Source: an uncultured delta proteobacterium
GTDB taxonomy: Bacteria; Myxococcota_A; Polyangia; Polyangiales; Polyangiaceae
Assembly: GCA_963841435.1 (NCBI GenBank)
Contig: CAWJCS010000006.1
Coordinates: 608,001-672,000, forward strand
Direction: 5' to 3'
Length of the DNA: 64,000 nt
The position numbers and the translations under genes were made by a program. Shown in pieces: positions 21,716-30,050 of this stretch. Under the pieces are notes generated by a model. It saw only the letters and a program-made list of their open reading frames with translations. It had not been told where the DNA came from and made no database searches. The stretch's first letter is position 1. Each line of letters starts with the position of its first letter.

Positions 21716-23044
21716 ATGCCTCGCTGGCTCGCGCCAGACGACCCGCGGCGGCGCCTCGTGCTTGCGAGCGCCGTGTACCTGCTGACGACGGGCGTCTTCC
21801 TGCTCACGGCGGCGCCTGCGACGCTCGGCGGCCACACGCCGTACGACCACTTCGCCTTGCTCGCCGAGGCCTGGCTCGACGGACGGCTCGATCTTGGCGG
21901 CGCGCCGCCCGCCTACGCCGGCATGAACGACTTCGCGCGTTTCGACGGCCGCTGGTACGTGCCGTTCCCGCCGTTCCCCGCGCTGCTGCTGCTGCCGTTC
22001 GTCGCGCTTTCGGGGTCGGCCGAGGCGCTCCCCGACGGTCTCGTGTTCCTACTGCTCGCAGGGGTCGCGCCCGCGGTGCTTTGGCTTGCGCTGGAGAAGC
22101 TCCGCGCGATGAGGCGCAGCCCGCGCAGCGAACGGCAGAACCTCGGGCTGTCGCTGCTGTTCGCCTTCGGCACGGTCTACTTCTTCACCGCAGAGCAGGG
22201 CACGGTCTGGTACGCCGCGCACGTCGTGGGCGCCGGGCTCGCCGCGCTCTATCTGCTCTTTGCGCTCGACGCCGAGCGTCCGGTGCTCGCTGGCATCGCG
22301 CTCGGCCTCGGGTTCGCCACGCGCGCCCCGCTGCTCTTCGCGGTGCCGCTGTTCGTGTCCGAGTTGTGGCGAAAATGCGTGCCCTCGGACTTCTGCTCGC
22401 TCGACGCCCCTCGAAGGGCGCTCGAGCTGCTCGATCGTCCGCGCTTCGTCCGCGGGATGCTGTGCTTCCTCGCTCCGATCGGCGTCGTATTTTGCGCGAC
22501 GCTCTGGCACAACCAGGCCCGCTTCGGGGACCCCTTCGAGGTCGGTTACCGCTACCTCGAGGTGGTGTGGCGATCGCGCATCGAGAGGTGGGGGCTCTTT
22601 GGCTACCACTATCTCGGGCGAAACCTCGCCGTGGTGCTCACGAGCTTGCCCTGGCTCGGCGACCCCGTCACACCCTTCCGCATCAGCGCGCACGGGCTCG
22701 CGCTCTGGGTCACGACGCCCGCCTACCTCTACCTTCCGTTTCCCAAGTTGCGCCGCGCGCCGCACCTCGCGCTCGCCGTCACGGCCGCCGCCGTCGCCCT
22801 ACCGAGCCTATTTTACCAAAATTCGGGCTGGGTTCAGTTCGGCTACCGATTCTCCAACGACTACGCCGTCTTTCTCTTCGCGCTCCTCGCGATGGGCGGG
22901 AGGCGCTTCGGTCTCTTGTTCGGTCTCCTGGCCGCCTGGGCGGTCGGGCTCAATGCCTTCGGTGCGCTGACGTTCAATCGCGAGAGTGGGGCAGGTGTGT
23001 ACGTGATCGAGCGCACGCAGCGCGTCATCCATCAGCCCGACTGA
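21716..23044 (+). CDS. Polytopic membrane protein, putative GT-C-type glycosyltransferase
   Basis: About 10 hydrophobic helices; YVPFPPFPALL, GTVWY, NQARFGDPFE.GY, GWVQFGYRFSND. Confidence 0.7.
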   Translation: MPRWLAPDDPRRRLVLASAVYLLTTGVFLLTAAPATLGGHTPYDHFALLAEAWLDGRLDLGGAPPAYAGMNDFARFDGRWYVPFPPFPALLLLPFVALSGSAEALPDGLVFLLLAGVAPAVLWLALEKLRAMRRSPRSERQNLGLSLLFAFGTVYFFTAEQGTVWYAAHVVGAGLAALYLLFALDAERPVLAGIALGLGFATRAPLLFAVPLFVSELWRKCVPSDFCSLDAPRRALELLDRPRFVRGMLCFLAPIGVVFCATLWHNQARFGDPFEVGYRYLEVVWRSRIERWGLFGYHYLGRNLAVVLTSLPWLGDPVTPFRISAHGLALWVTTPAYLYLPFPKLRRAPHLALAVTAAAVALPSLFYQNSGWVQFGYRFSNDYAVFLFALLAMGGRRFGLLFGLLAAWAVGLNAFGALTFNRESGAGVYVIERTQRVIHQPD

Positions 23045-23128
23045 CGAGGGTGCGGGGCCGAGCGCGCTCTCGTGCCCGAAGCGGCCGAAAGAATGCTAAG
23101 AGGGGCGCAAGAAAAGGAGTCAACACCC

Positions 23129-23557
23129 ATGGCGATTCGTAGCTCCAGTGCTCGATGGGAAGGTGATCTGAAGAGCGGCAACGGGACGATGACGGTCGGC
23201 AAGGACCGTTACACGGGGCCGTTCAGCTTCGCGACGCGCTTCGAGGACAGCCCGGGGCTGAACCCCGAAGAGCTCGTCGCCGCGGCGCATGCCGGCTGCT
23301 TCTCGATGGCGTTTTCGAACGGCCTCGCCAAGGCGGGCTTCACGCCGCGCCAGGTCTCGACGCGCGCCGACGTGCACTTCGGCCCGGACCCCGCCGGCGG
23401 CGCTCACGTCTCCAAGATCGAGCTCATCAGCGAAGCGGACGTGCCGGGTATCGACAACGCGAAGTTCCAAGCGCTCGCGGAAGAGACCCGTCTCGGTTGC
23501 CCCATCAGTAAGCTGATGAAGGCCGAGATCGTCGTCAAGGCGACGCTGAAGAGCTGA
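23129..23557 (+). CDS. osmC: OsmC-family peroxiredoxin
   Basis: WEGDLKSGNG, NPEELVAAAHAGCFSMA, CPIS; AAGGAG RBS. Confidence 0.95.
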   Translation: MAIRSSSARWEGDLKSGNGTMTVGKDRYTGPFSFATRFEDSPGLNPEELVAAAHAGCFSMAFSNGLAKAGFTPRQVSTRADVHFGPDPAGGAHVSKIELISEADVPGIDNAKFQALAEETRLGCPISKLMKAEIVVKATLKS

Positions 23558-24350
23558 CCTTCGGCGCGGGCCTCTTGGCTTTCGCTGCTGGCCCGCGCTG
23601 AATCGTCACGCTTTCGATGACGGGCGGCTTCACCGGCCGCTCGCCCTTCACCTCAACGCTCGCAAGCTTCGCGATCACGTCGTCGGGCGTGCACGAGCCG
23701 AAGATCGTGTAGCTCCTGTCGAGGTGCGGGGCGGCGGCGTCGGTGATGAAAAACTGCATGCCGTTCGTGTTGGGGCCCCGGTTCGCCATGCACATGAGGC
23801 CGCGGCGGTCGTGCTTGGCGCCCGACCAGATTTCGTCGGGGATCACGTAGCCGGGCTCACCGCCGCCCGTGCCGAGCGGGTCACCTCCCTGGATCATGAA
23901 GCCCTTGATGACGCGGTGAAACTTGGTCCCGTTGTACGCGAGGTTTTTGACCCACTCGCCCGTCGGCGCGCGGTAGGGGCGTAGACCGCGCGCGAGCCCG
24001 ACGAAGTTTGCGACGGTGAGCGGCGCCTTGTCCTCGTAAAGCTCGCACTCGAGCGTGCCGAGGTCCGTCTTCAGTGTCGCCATGAGCGGGCCCTTGCCCG
24101 AGAGGCCCTGGGTGGCTTCTTCGAGCGTGAACGAGCCGTGCTTCGGATCGCCGCCCGGCGCCAGAGCCGCGCCGGCGGAAGCCGCGGGCACCGCTTCCTT
24201 TGCGGTGCTCGCAGTGGCGGCCTGCTTCGGCGGCGACGGGGGCGGCGGTGGGGTGTCCCCGGTGGACACGGGCTCGGGCGGCGTGGACTGGCACGAAACG
24301 GCGAGGAGCGAAGCGAGACCGATGCCATGCACGAGACGAACGAGACGCAT
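23535..24350 (-). CDS. Cyclophilin-type peptidyl-prolyl isomerase, lipoprotein
   Basis: Lipobox LAVSC; APLTVANF, FHRVIKGFMIQGGDP, MANRGPNTNG.QFFI. Confidence 0.93.
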   Translation of the reverse strand: MRLVRLVHGIGLASLLAVSCQSTPPEPVSTGDTPPPPPSPPKQAATASTAKEAVPAASAGAALAPGGDPKHGSFTLEEATQGLSGKGPLMATLKTDLGTLECELYEDKAPLTVANFVGLARGLRPYRAPTGEWVKNLAYNGTKFHRVIKGFMIQGGDPLGTGGGEPGYVIPDEIWSGAKHDRRGLMCMANRGPNTNGMQFFITDAAAPHLDRSYTIFGSCTPDDVIAKLASVEVKGERPVKPPVIESVTIQRGPAAKAKRPAPKVSSSASP

Positions 24351-24438
24351 AAGAGAGCCTTTCGAGTGAGCGGAACGGATCACGAGAGGCGCGGGCAGGA
24401 AACGCCCCGACGCGAAGTCAAATCACCGGCGACGGTCG

Positions 24439-25116
24439 TCAAGGGCCCGAGAGCTCGATGTCGGTTGCCATGCCCGGCTCGACGCCGTGGCGCCGAGACC
24501 ACCCCGCATTGACCTCCAGCACGTAGGCGGCCGGGCAGGGGACCGAGCGGGGCGCTTCGTTCAACACCGGGACCTGCTCGAGGATTCCGGCGACGTGCCC
24601 ATCCTTGGCGAGGAACAGCATGTCGAGCGGGATGCACGTGTTCTTCATCCAGAAGACCCGGTGGCCCTCGGCCGGCCAGGAAAAGAGCATGCCCTTTTCA
24701 CGGCCGAGGTTCCTTCGGTACATCAGGCCGCGCTCGGACTCGACCGGCGTCCGGGCGACCTCAACGTCAATCGTCGGCGCCCCGGGCGCGTCGGGAAAGG
24801 CGACTTTGCCCTTCTTCATGACGGGCGGCGAGGAGGCGGGATCCTTGGGGCAGCTGGTCGCTGGCTTGGCCGTCGGCGGGGGCTCGGCCCGGGGCACGAC
24901 GCAACGGCCCGCGTCGAGGGTCGCCGGCGGGTTCGGCGCGCCTTGCGACGCCGCGGTGGCCGCTGGTGCGGAGCGCGTGACGGCGGCGTTCGCGGGGATG
25001 GTTGGTGGCGTGCTCGGCTGCACGGGGTCCGGTGTGGGAGCCGGCGCAGGCTCCTCGACTCGCTGACAGCTCGAGCCGAGTAGCGCGGAGATGGCGAGCA
25101 GGAGCGGGGCGCGCAT
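24439..25116 (-). CDS. DUF192-domain lipoprotein
   Basis: Lipobox-like LGSSC; EVARTP..RGLMYR, GMLF, FWMKNT.IPLDMLF, VLEVNAG. Confidence 0.9.
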   Translation of the reverse strand: MRAPLLLAISALLGSSCQRVEEPAPAPTPDPVQPSTPPTIPANAAVTRSAPAATAASQGAPNPPATLDAGRCVVPRAEPPPTAKPATSCPKDPASSPPVMKKGKVAFPDAPGAPTIDVEVARTPVESERGLMYRRNLGREKGMLFSWPAEGHRVFWMKNTCIPLDMLFLAKDGHVAGILEQVPVLNEAPRSVPCPAAYVLEVNAGWSRRHGVEPGMATDIELSGP

Positions 25117-25198
25117 GCGCTCGCGTTCTACCACTTTGTCACGGCGATTCGTGGACCTCGATTGCGAGGCTCTTCGGCTCGGCTATAAGTTCAGCGTG

Positions 25199-25819
25199 AT
25201 GTGGTCGGGGCGCTTTCTTAGGCTCGAGGTCGGCGCGCGGGCTCTTTTCGGGCTCGGCTTCGTCTGGCTCGTGCTCGGTGCCGCGCCCGCGTGCAGTGGC
25301 CATTCCGAGACCATCTTCCTCGAGCCTGCCGCAGGAGCGGCCGGCAGCACGGCGGGCTCGGGCGGTCGTGGCGGCGCGGGCAGCGGAGGCAGCGCCGGCG
25401 CGAGCGCCGGTCGCGACGCCGGCGTGCCCGACGACGCCGATACGGACGCCGACGACCCGTATCACGAGCCCCCGTGCCCCGACGAGCCGGCGCCCCCGGG
25501 TGAGGTCGATTGCGACATCTTCTCCACGCCTTCGGGGTGTCCTGAGGGAACGGGTTGCTATCCGGACCTCGTGCATCCGTTCGGCGATGGCTGCGACCAG
25601 CAGACGCTGAGCCTCGTGTGCCGCCCCGCCGGCCTCGGTGTCGAGGGGGACCTGTGCGGCATCGGAACGGGCGGCTGCGCTCCCGGTTACACGTGCATCG
25701 TGGGGGCGGAATCGGGCAAGCGCTGCCTGAGAGTGTGCGATCCGAACGGAGGGCTCCGGTGCCCCGCGGGGTCGATTTGCGGCGAGACCGACGCGGACGG
25801 CATCGGGGTTTGCTCGTGA
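25199..25819 (+). CDS. Cys-rich lipoprotein
   Basis: Signal peptide ending APAC, Gly/Ser linker, then Cys-rich modules (CAPGYTC, CPAGSIC). Confidence 0.8.
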   Translation: MWSGRFLRLEVGARALFGLGFVWLVLGAAPACSGHSETIFLEPAAGAAGSTAGSGGRGGAGSGGSAGASAGRDAGVPDDADTDADDPYHEPPCPDEPAPPGEVDCDIFSTPSGCPEGTGCYPDLVHPFGDGCDQQTLSLVCRPAGLGVEGDLCGIGTGGCAPGYTCIVGAESGKRCLRVCDPNGGLRCPAGSICGETDADGIGVCS

Positions 25820-27417
25820 GCCGGGCGCGGCTCCTCGCGTTTTCCCTGCTCCTCGTCTGCTCCGCCTGTGGAAGGACGGGTCTTTGGAGCTTCGGCGAGG
25901 AGGGCGGCAGCGGGGCTCAGGCAGGCACCTCGAACGCGCCCGTCAACGAATGCTCGTACGACACCGATTGTGCGCCGAGCGGCCCCTGCGTCGTCGCACG
26001 TTGTGAGCTGTCGCTCGAACCGAGCGAGCACCTCGCGTGCGTACAAGAAGCGGTTGCTTGCGACGACGGTGACGCCTGCAGCCTCGACCAGTGCAACCCC
26101 GAGACCGGTGCGTGCGAGCACGAGCGCCCGGGAGATTTCGACGGTGACGGCTTCCTCGGCGTCGCGCCGCGTGGCACACCGCCATCTTGCGGCGGTGACG
26201 ATTGCGACGACTCCGACCCGCGCATCCATCCCGGCGCGCCCGAAACGTGCGACGGCAAAGACGAGAACTGCAACGGCATCATCGACGACGGCGCGGTGTA
26301 CGTGCCGGCGGCGTCACCCGTCCGGCTCGTGCCCGCCGTTTCGCGCTCGCAGCACGGCGGCATCGCCTTCGACGGCGACGCGTACGGTGTCACCTACACC
26401 GACAAGGCGGATTCGAACCGCGATCGCAGCTTCTTTTCCCTCTTCGACGAAAATGGCGCCGCGTTGGGCGACCCCACCCCCGTGAGCGAGATCAACGCCG
26501 ATACGTACGCCGGGGCCCTGGCGTTCTCCGGCGGGAGCTTCCTCACGGCGTGGGCCGATGCCCGCCAGGCGGGAAACTACGAGATCTACGCGACCCGATT
26601 CAGCAGCAACGCCGAGGAGCTCCAGGCCGATCTTCGCCTCACCGAGGCCCCCGACTTCTCGCTCCGGCCCGTGGTGGCGTGGACGGGCAACGACTACGTC
26701 GTCGTGTGGGAGGACCATCGCACGGAGCGCGACGACGGCAACGTGAGGGTCTTCGGGCGGCGCCTGTCGAAGCTCGGCACGCTCGACGGCATGGGCGGCG
26801 AGGTCGAGCTCTCGGCTCCGGACGAATCGGGGCAGTATCCGGCGTTTGCGCTCGGCGAGCAGGTGATCGGCGTCACGTACGCCGTGCTCGATCCCGTGAC
26901 GGACGTCTCGCGGGTGATGTTTCGAACGGTCGATTTCTCGCTGGGAAATCCCTCGCCGCCGGTCTCGCTCGGCGAAAACGCCCAGGAGCCGAGCATTGCC
27001 TGGCTGGGCGACCGTTTCGTCGTGGCTTGGCACACGGGAACCGTCGGGAGCTGGGGGAGCGCGATCCTGGGCGCGACCGTCGACGAGCGTTCGGCGGTGC
27101 TCGCGAAGGGGCCGCTCACGGCGGGTGACAGCTATGCCCGCTCGCGGACGCTCGTTTCGCTCGGTGACCGCGTCGGGCTCGTGTGGTCCGGCGCCGGGGT
27201 CGACGGCAACTACGACCTTTACTTCGAAATCCTGTCGCGCGACCTCGGCGTCGTTCAAGCGCGCCAGACGCTGGCCACCGGTCCCGGATTCTCGGTCGAT
27301 CCACTCGCGACGCTCGGACCCGACGGCGACATCGCCGTCCTGTTCGACGAGAACGACACGCCGCGGCTCGACTCGTACTTCGTGCGCTTGAGCTGCCGGA
27401 TCTTCTCGCTCCGCTGA
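25816..27417 (+). CDS. Lipoprotein with MopE-like metal-binding repeat and beta-rich C-terminal repeats
   Basis: GTGA overlap with the upstream gene; CSAC lipobox; CDDGDACSLDQC; DCDDSDPRIHPGAPETCDGKDENCNGIIDDG; repeated 'AW.G..Y.VVW.D' blades. Confidence 0.82.
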   Translation: MSRARLLAFSLLLVCSACGRTGLWSFGEEGGSGAQAGTSNAPVNECSYDTDCAPSGPCVVARCELSLEPSEHLACVQEAVACDDGDACSLDQCNPETGACEHERPGDFDGDGFLGVAPRGTPPSCGGDDCDDSDPRIHPGAPETCDGKDENCNGIIDDGAVYVPAASPVRLVPAVSRSQHGGIAFDGDAYGVTYTDKADSNRDRSFFSLFDENGAALGDPTPVSEINADTYAGALAFSGGSFLTAWADARQAGNYEIYATRFSSNAEELQADLRLTEAPDFSLRPVVAWTGNDYVVVWEDHRTERDDGNVRVFGRRLSKLGTLDGMGGEVELSAPDESGQYPAFALGEQVIGVTYAVLDPVTDVSRVMFRTVDFSLGNPSPPVSLGENAQEPSIAWLGDRFVVAWHTGTVGSWGSAILGATVDERSAVLAKGPLTAGDSYARSRTLVSLGDRVGLVWSGAGVDGNYDLYFEILSRDLGVVQARQTLATGPGFSVDPLATLGPDGDIAVLFDENDTPRLDSYFVRLSCRIFSLR

Positions 27418-27429
27418 GCGGCTTCGGCT

Positions 27430-28347
27430 TCAGGCCCTGCGCAGGCGGGGTCGCCCGGCCTGGTGCACCTTGCCCGGCAGGGCGCGGCCCACGAGCGTTT
27501 CCGCCACGCGGCCGGCCTCGATGAGCCGATCGAGATCGACGCCCGTCTTCACGCCCATGCCCTCGAGCATGTAAACGAGATCCTCGGTGGCGAGGTTGCC
27601 GGCGGCACCGGGCGCGTAGGGGCAGCCGCCCAGGCCGCCGACCGAGGCGTCGAAGTCCCGCACGCCGAGCTCCAGCCCGACGAGGCAATTGGCGAGCGCC
27701 GTGCCGCGCGTGTCGTGAAAATGGAGCGCCAGGCGTGATGGCTCGTGCTCGGCGAGGAACGCACGCACGATGTCGCGGGTCTGCTTGGGGGTTCCGACGC
27801 CAATCGTGTCGCCGAGCGAGACCTGATAGCAGTCGAGCTCGATGAGCTCGCGCGCGATGGCGAGCGAGCGCGCCACCGGGACGTCACCCTCGTAGGGGCA
27901 ACCCCACACCGTCGACAGGTACGCCCTCACGCGCAGACCGGCGGCGCGTGCCGGAGGGACCACCTCGCGGAAGGTGTCGAGCGACTGCTCGATGGATTTG
28001 TTGGTGTTCTTCCGGTTGTGGGTCTCGGATGCCGAGAGAAAGACGGCGATTTCCTGGATCCCCGCGTGCAGCGCGCGCTCGAGGCCCGTGGCGTTCGGCA
28101 CGAGAGCGCTGAACGTCACGCCCTCGGGAGGCGGCAGCGCCGCGATCAGCTCGTCCGCATCGGCGAGCTGCGGAACCCAGCGCGGCGACACGAAGCTCGT
28201 GACCTCGATGCGCCGCAGCCCCGCCGCGACGAGCGCGCGGAGCAAACGAAGCTTGTCGGGTAACGAAAGCGGCGCGGCTTCGTTCTGCAGCCCGTCGCGC
28301 GGCGAGACCTCGACCAGCGACACCTCGGCCGGAAGCGCGTCGAGCAT
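27430..28347 (-). CDS. Hydroxymethylglutaryl-CoA lyase
   Basis: EVSPRDGLQNE, SLGDTIG, HFHDT, GLGGCPYAPGA.GN.ATED. Confidence 0.95.
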   Translation of the reverse strand: MLDALPAEVSLVEVSPRDGLQNEAAPLSLPDKLRLLRALVAAGLRRIEVTSFVSPRWVPQLADADELIAALPPPEGVTFSALVPNATGLERALHAGIQEIAVFLSASETHNRKNTNKSIEQSLDTFREVVPPARAAGLRVRAYLSTVWGCPYEGDVPVARSLAIARELIELDCYQVSLGDTIGVGTPKQTRDIVRAFLAEHEPSRLALHFHDTRGTALANCLVGLELGVRDFDASVGGLGGCPYAPGAAGNLATEDLVYMLEGMGVKTGVDLDRLIEAGRVAETLVGRALPGKVHQAGRPRLRRA

Positions 28348-28377
28348 GCCCTACAGTGTAGCTCCCCGCGGCCCGGC

Positions 28378-29826
28378 TCACACGTCGAGCAGGCGCATTT
28401 GCCGCTGACGCGGGTGTGGCACGAACGCAATCGGGTACTCTCCCGACCAGCACGCGTGACAGAAGGCGCCGTCGCCGAGCGGCTGCCCGGCGACGGGCAG
28501 CGAGCGGTGGGTGCTGCGCCCCGTCGCCTCGGTGCGCGCCGCAATGACCGCTTCCTGCATGCGGTCGAGCGAGAGGTACGCCAGGGTATCGCTCGTGATG
28601 TACTGGTTGATCTCCTCGACGGAGTGCGACGAAGCGATGAGCTCGCCGCGCGTCGGGGTGTCGATGCCGTAGTAGCAGGGCCACTGCGTGGGGGGGCTCG
28701 AGATGCGCATGTGCACCTCGCGCGCGCCCGCGTCGCGCAGCATCTTGACGATTTTGCGGCTCGTGGTTCCGCGAATGATGCTGTCGTCGACGACGACGAC
28801 GCGCTTGTCGCGCAGAGCGGCGCTCACGGGGTTGAGCTTCAGGCGCACGCCGAAGTGCCGGATGCTCTGCTGCGGCTCGATGAAGGTGCGCCCGACGTAG
28901 TGGCTGCGCACGAGCCCGAGCTCGAACGGAATGCCCGCCGCCTCGGCGTAGCCGATCGTCGCCGGCACACCGGAGTCCGGCACGGGCACGACAACGTCCG
29001 CTTCGATCCCGTGCTCGAGGGCGAGCGCGCGCCCGAGGTTCTTGCGCGCTTCGTAGACGCTGACGCCGTCGAGGTTCGAATCCGGCCGCGCGAAGTAGAC
29101 GTATTCGAAGATGCAGGTCTTGCGCCGCTGCTCGACGAACGGGTGCATGCTGCGAAGCCCCGTGCGATCGATGATGGCCATCTCGCCAGGCTCAACGTCG
29201 CGAAAGTAGTCCGCGTCGATCAGATCGAAGCTCGTCGGCTCGCTCGCGACCACCCAGGCGCCCGTCTCGCGCAGCTTGCCCAGGCACAGCGGGCGAATGC
29301 CCATCGGATCGCGCACGGCGATCAGCGCCTGGGTCGTGAGGCAGAGCAGCGAGTAGGCGCCTTGCACCTGCGACAGCGCGTCGGCGACGCGGTCCTCGCT
29401 GGCGCGCTGCGTGCTGATGGCGCAAAGGTGCACGATGACCTCGGTGTCGCTCGTGCTCTGGAAGATCGAGCCGCGCGCCTCGAGCTTCTCGCGGAGCGCC
29501 TCGGCGTTCGTGAGGTTGCCGTTGTGGGCTACGGCGATCGAGCCGCGCGAGTAGTCCACGGCGATGGGCTGGGCGTTCTTGAGCATCGAGCCGCCGGCCG
29601 TCGAGTAGCGCACGTGCCCGATGGCGACGGTGCCGCGCAGGCGGGCGATCTGGTCGGGTGGAAACACGTCGATGACGTGTCCCATGCCTCGGTAGGCGGC
29701 GAGCTGATTGCCGTCCGAGGTGACGATGCCCGCGCTCTCCTGCCCCCGGTGCTGCAGCGCATGCAGCCCCAGGTACGTGAGGTTGGCCGCTTCAGGGTGG
29801 CCGTAGATGCCGAAGACGCCGCACAT
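28378..29826 (-). CDS. purF: Amidophosphoribosyltransferase (Fe-S type)
   Basis: MCGVFG, LQHRGQE, GHVRYST, VDDSIIRGTT; Cys ligands in CIFE, PCYYG and CHAC. Confidence 0.98.
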   Translation of the reverse strand: MCGVFGIYGHPEAANLTYLGLHALQHRGQESAGIVTSDGNQLAAYRGMGHVIDVFPPDQIARLRGTVAIGHVRYSTAGGSMLKNAQPIAVDYSRGSIAVAHNGNLTNAEALREKLEARGSIFQSTSDTEVIVHLCAISTQRASEDRVADALSQVQGAYSLLCLTTQALIAVRDPMGIRPLCLGKLRETGAWVVASEPTSFDLIDADYFRDVEPGEMAIIDRTGLRSMHPFVEQRRKTCIFEYVYFARPDSNLDGVSVYEARKNLGRALALEHGIEADVVVPVPDSGVPATIGYAEAAGIPFELGLVRSHYVGRTFIEPQQSIRHFGVRLKLNPVSAALRDKRVVVVDDSIIRGTTSRKIVKMLRDAGAREVHMRISSPPTQWPCYYGIDTPTRGELIASSHSVEEINQYITSDTLAYLSLDRMQEAVIAARTEATGRSTHRSLPVAGQPLGDGAFCHACWSGEYPIAFVPHPRQRQMRLLDV

Positions 29827-30050
29827 CAGGGACCCGTGTGGGTAATTGGGGGAGAGTGTTAGCAGATATTTTCCTCGGCTCCGGCTCGGCGCACGAAACG
29901 TGCGCCCGCGCGCGTCCGCGTGGGGCGAAACCGAGGTGCCGCCCGCGATTTCTCGGCTTCCCGGCCGGTGCTCGGATGCCCCGGTCGCTCGAAAGCGCGT
30001 GAAGAGGGCTCGTCATGCCACCTGGCTCCGCTATTCTCGGGGGCCAAGCA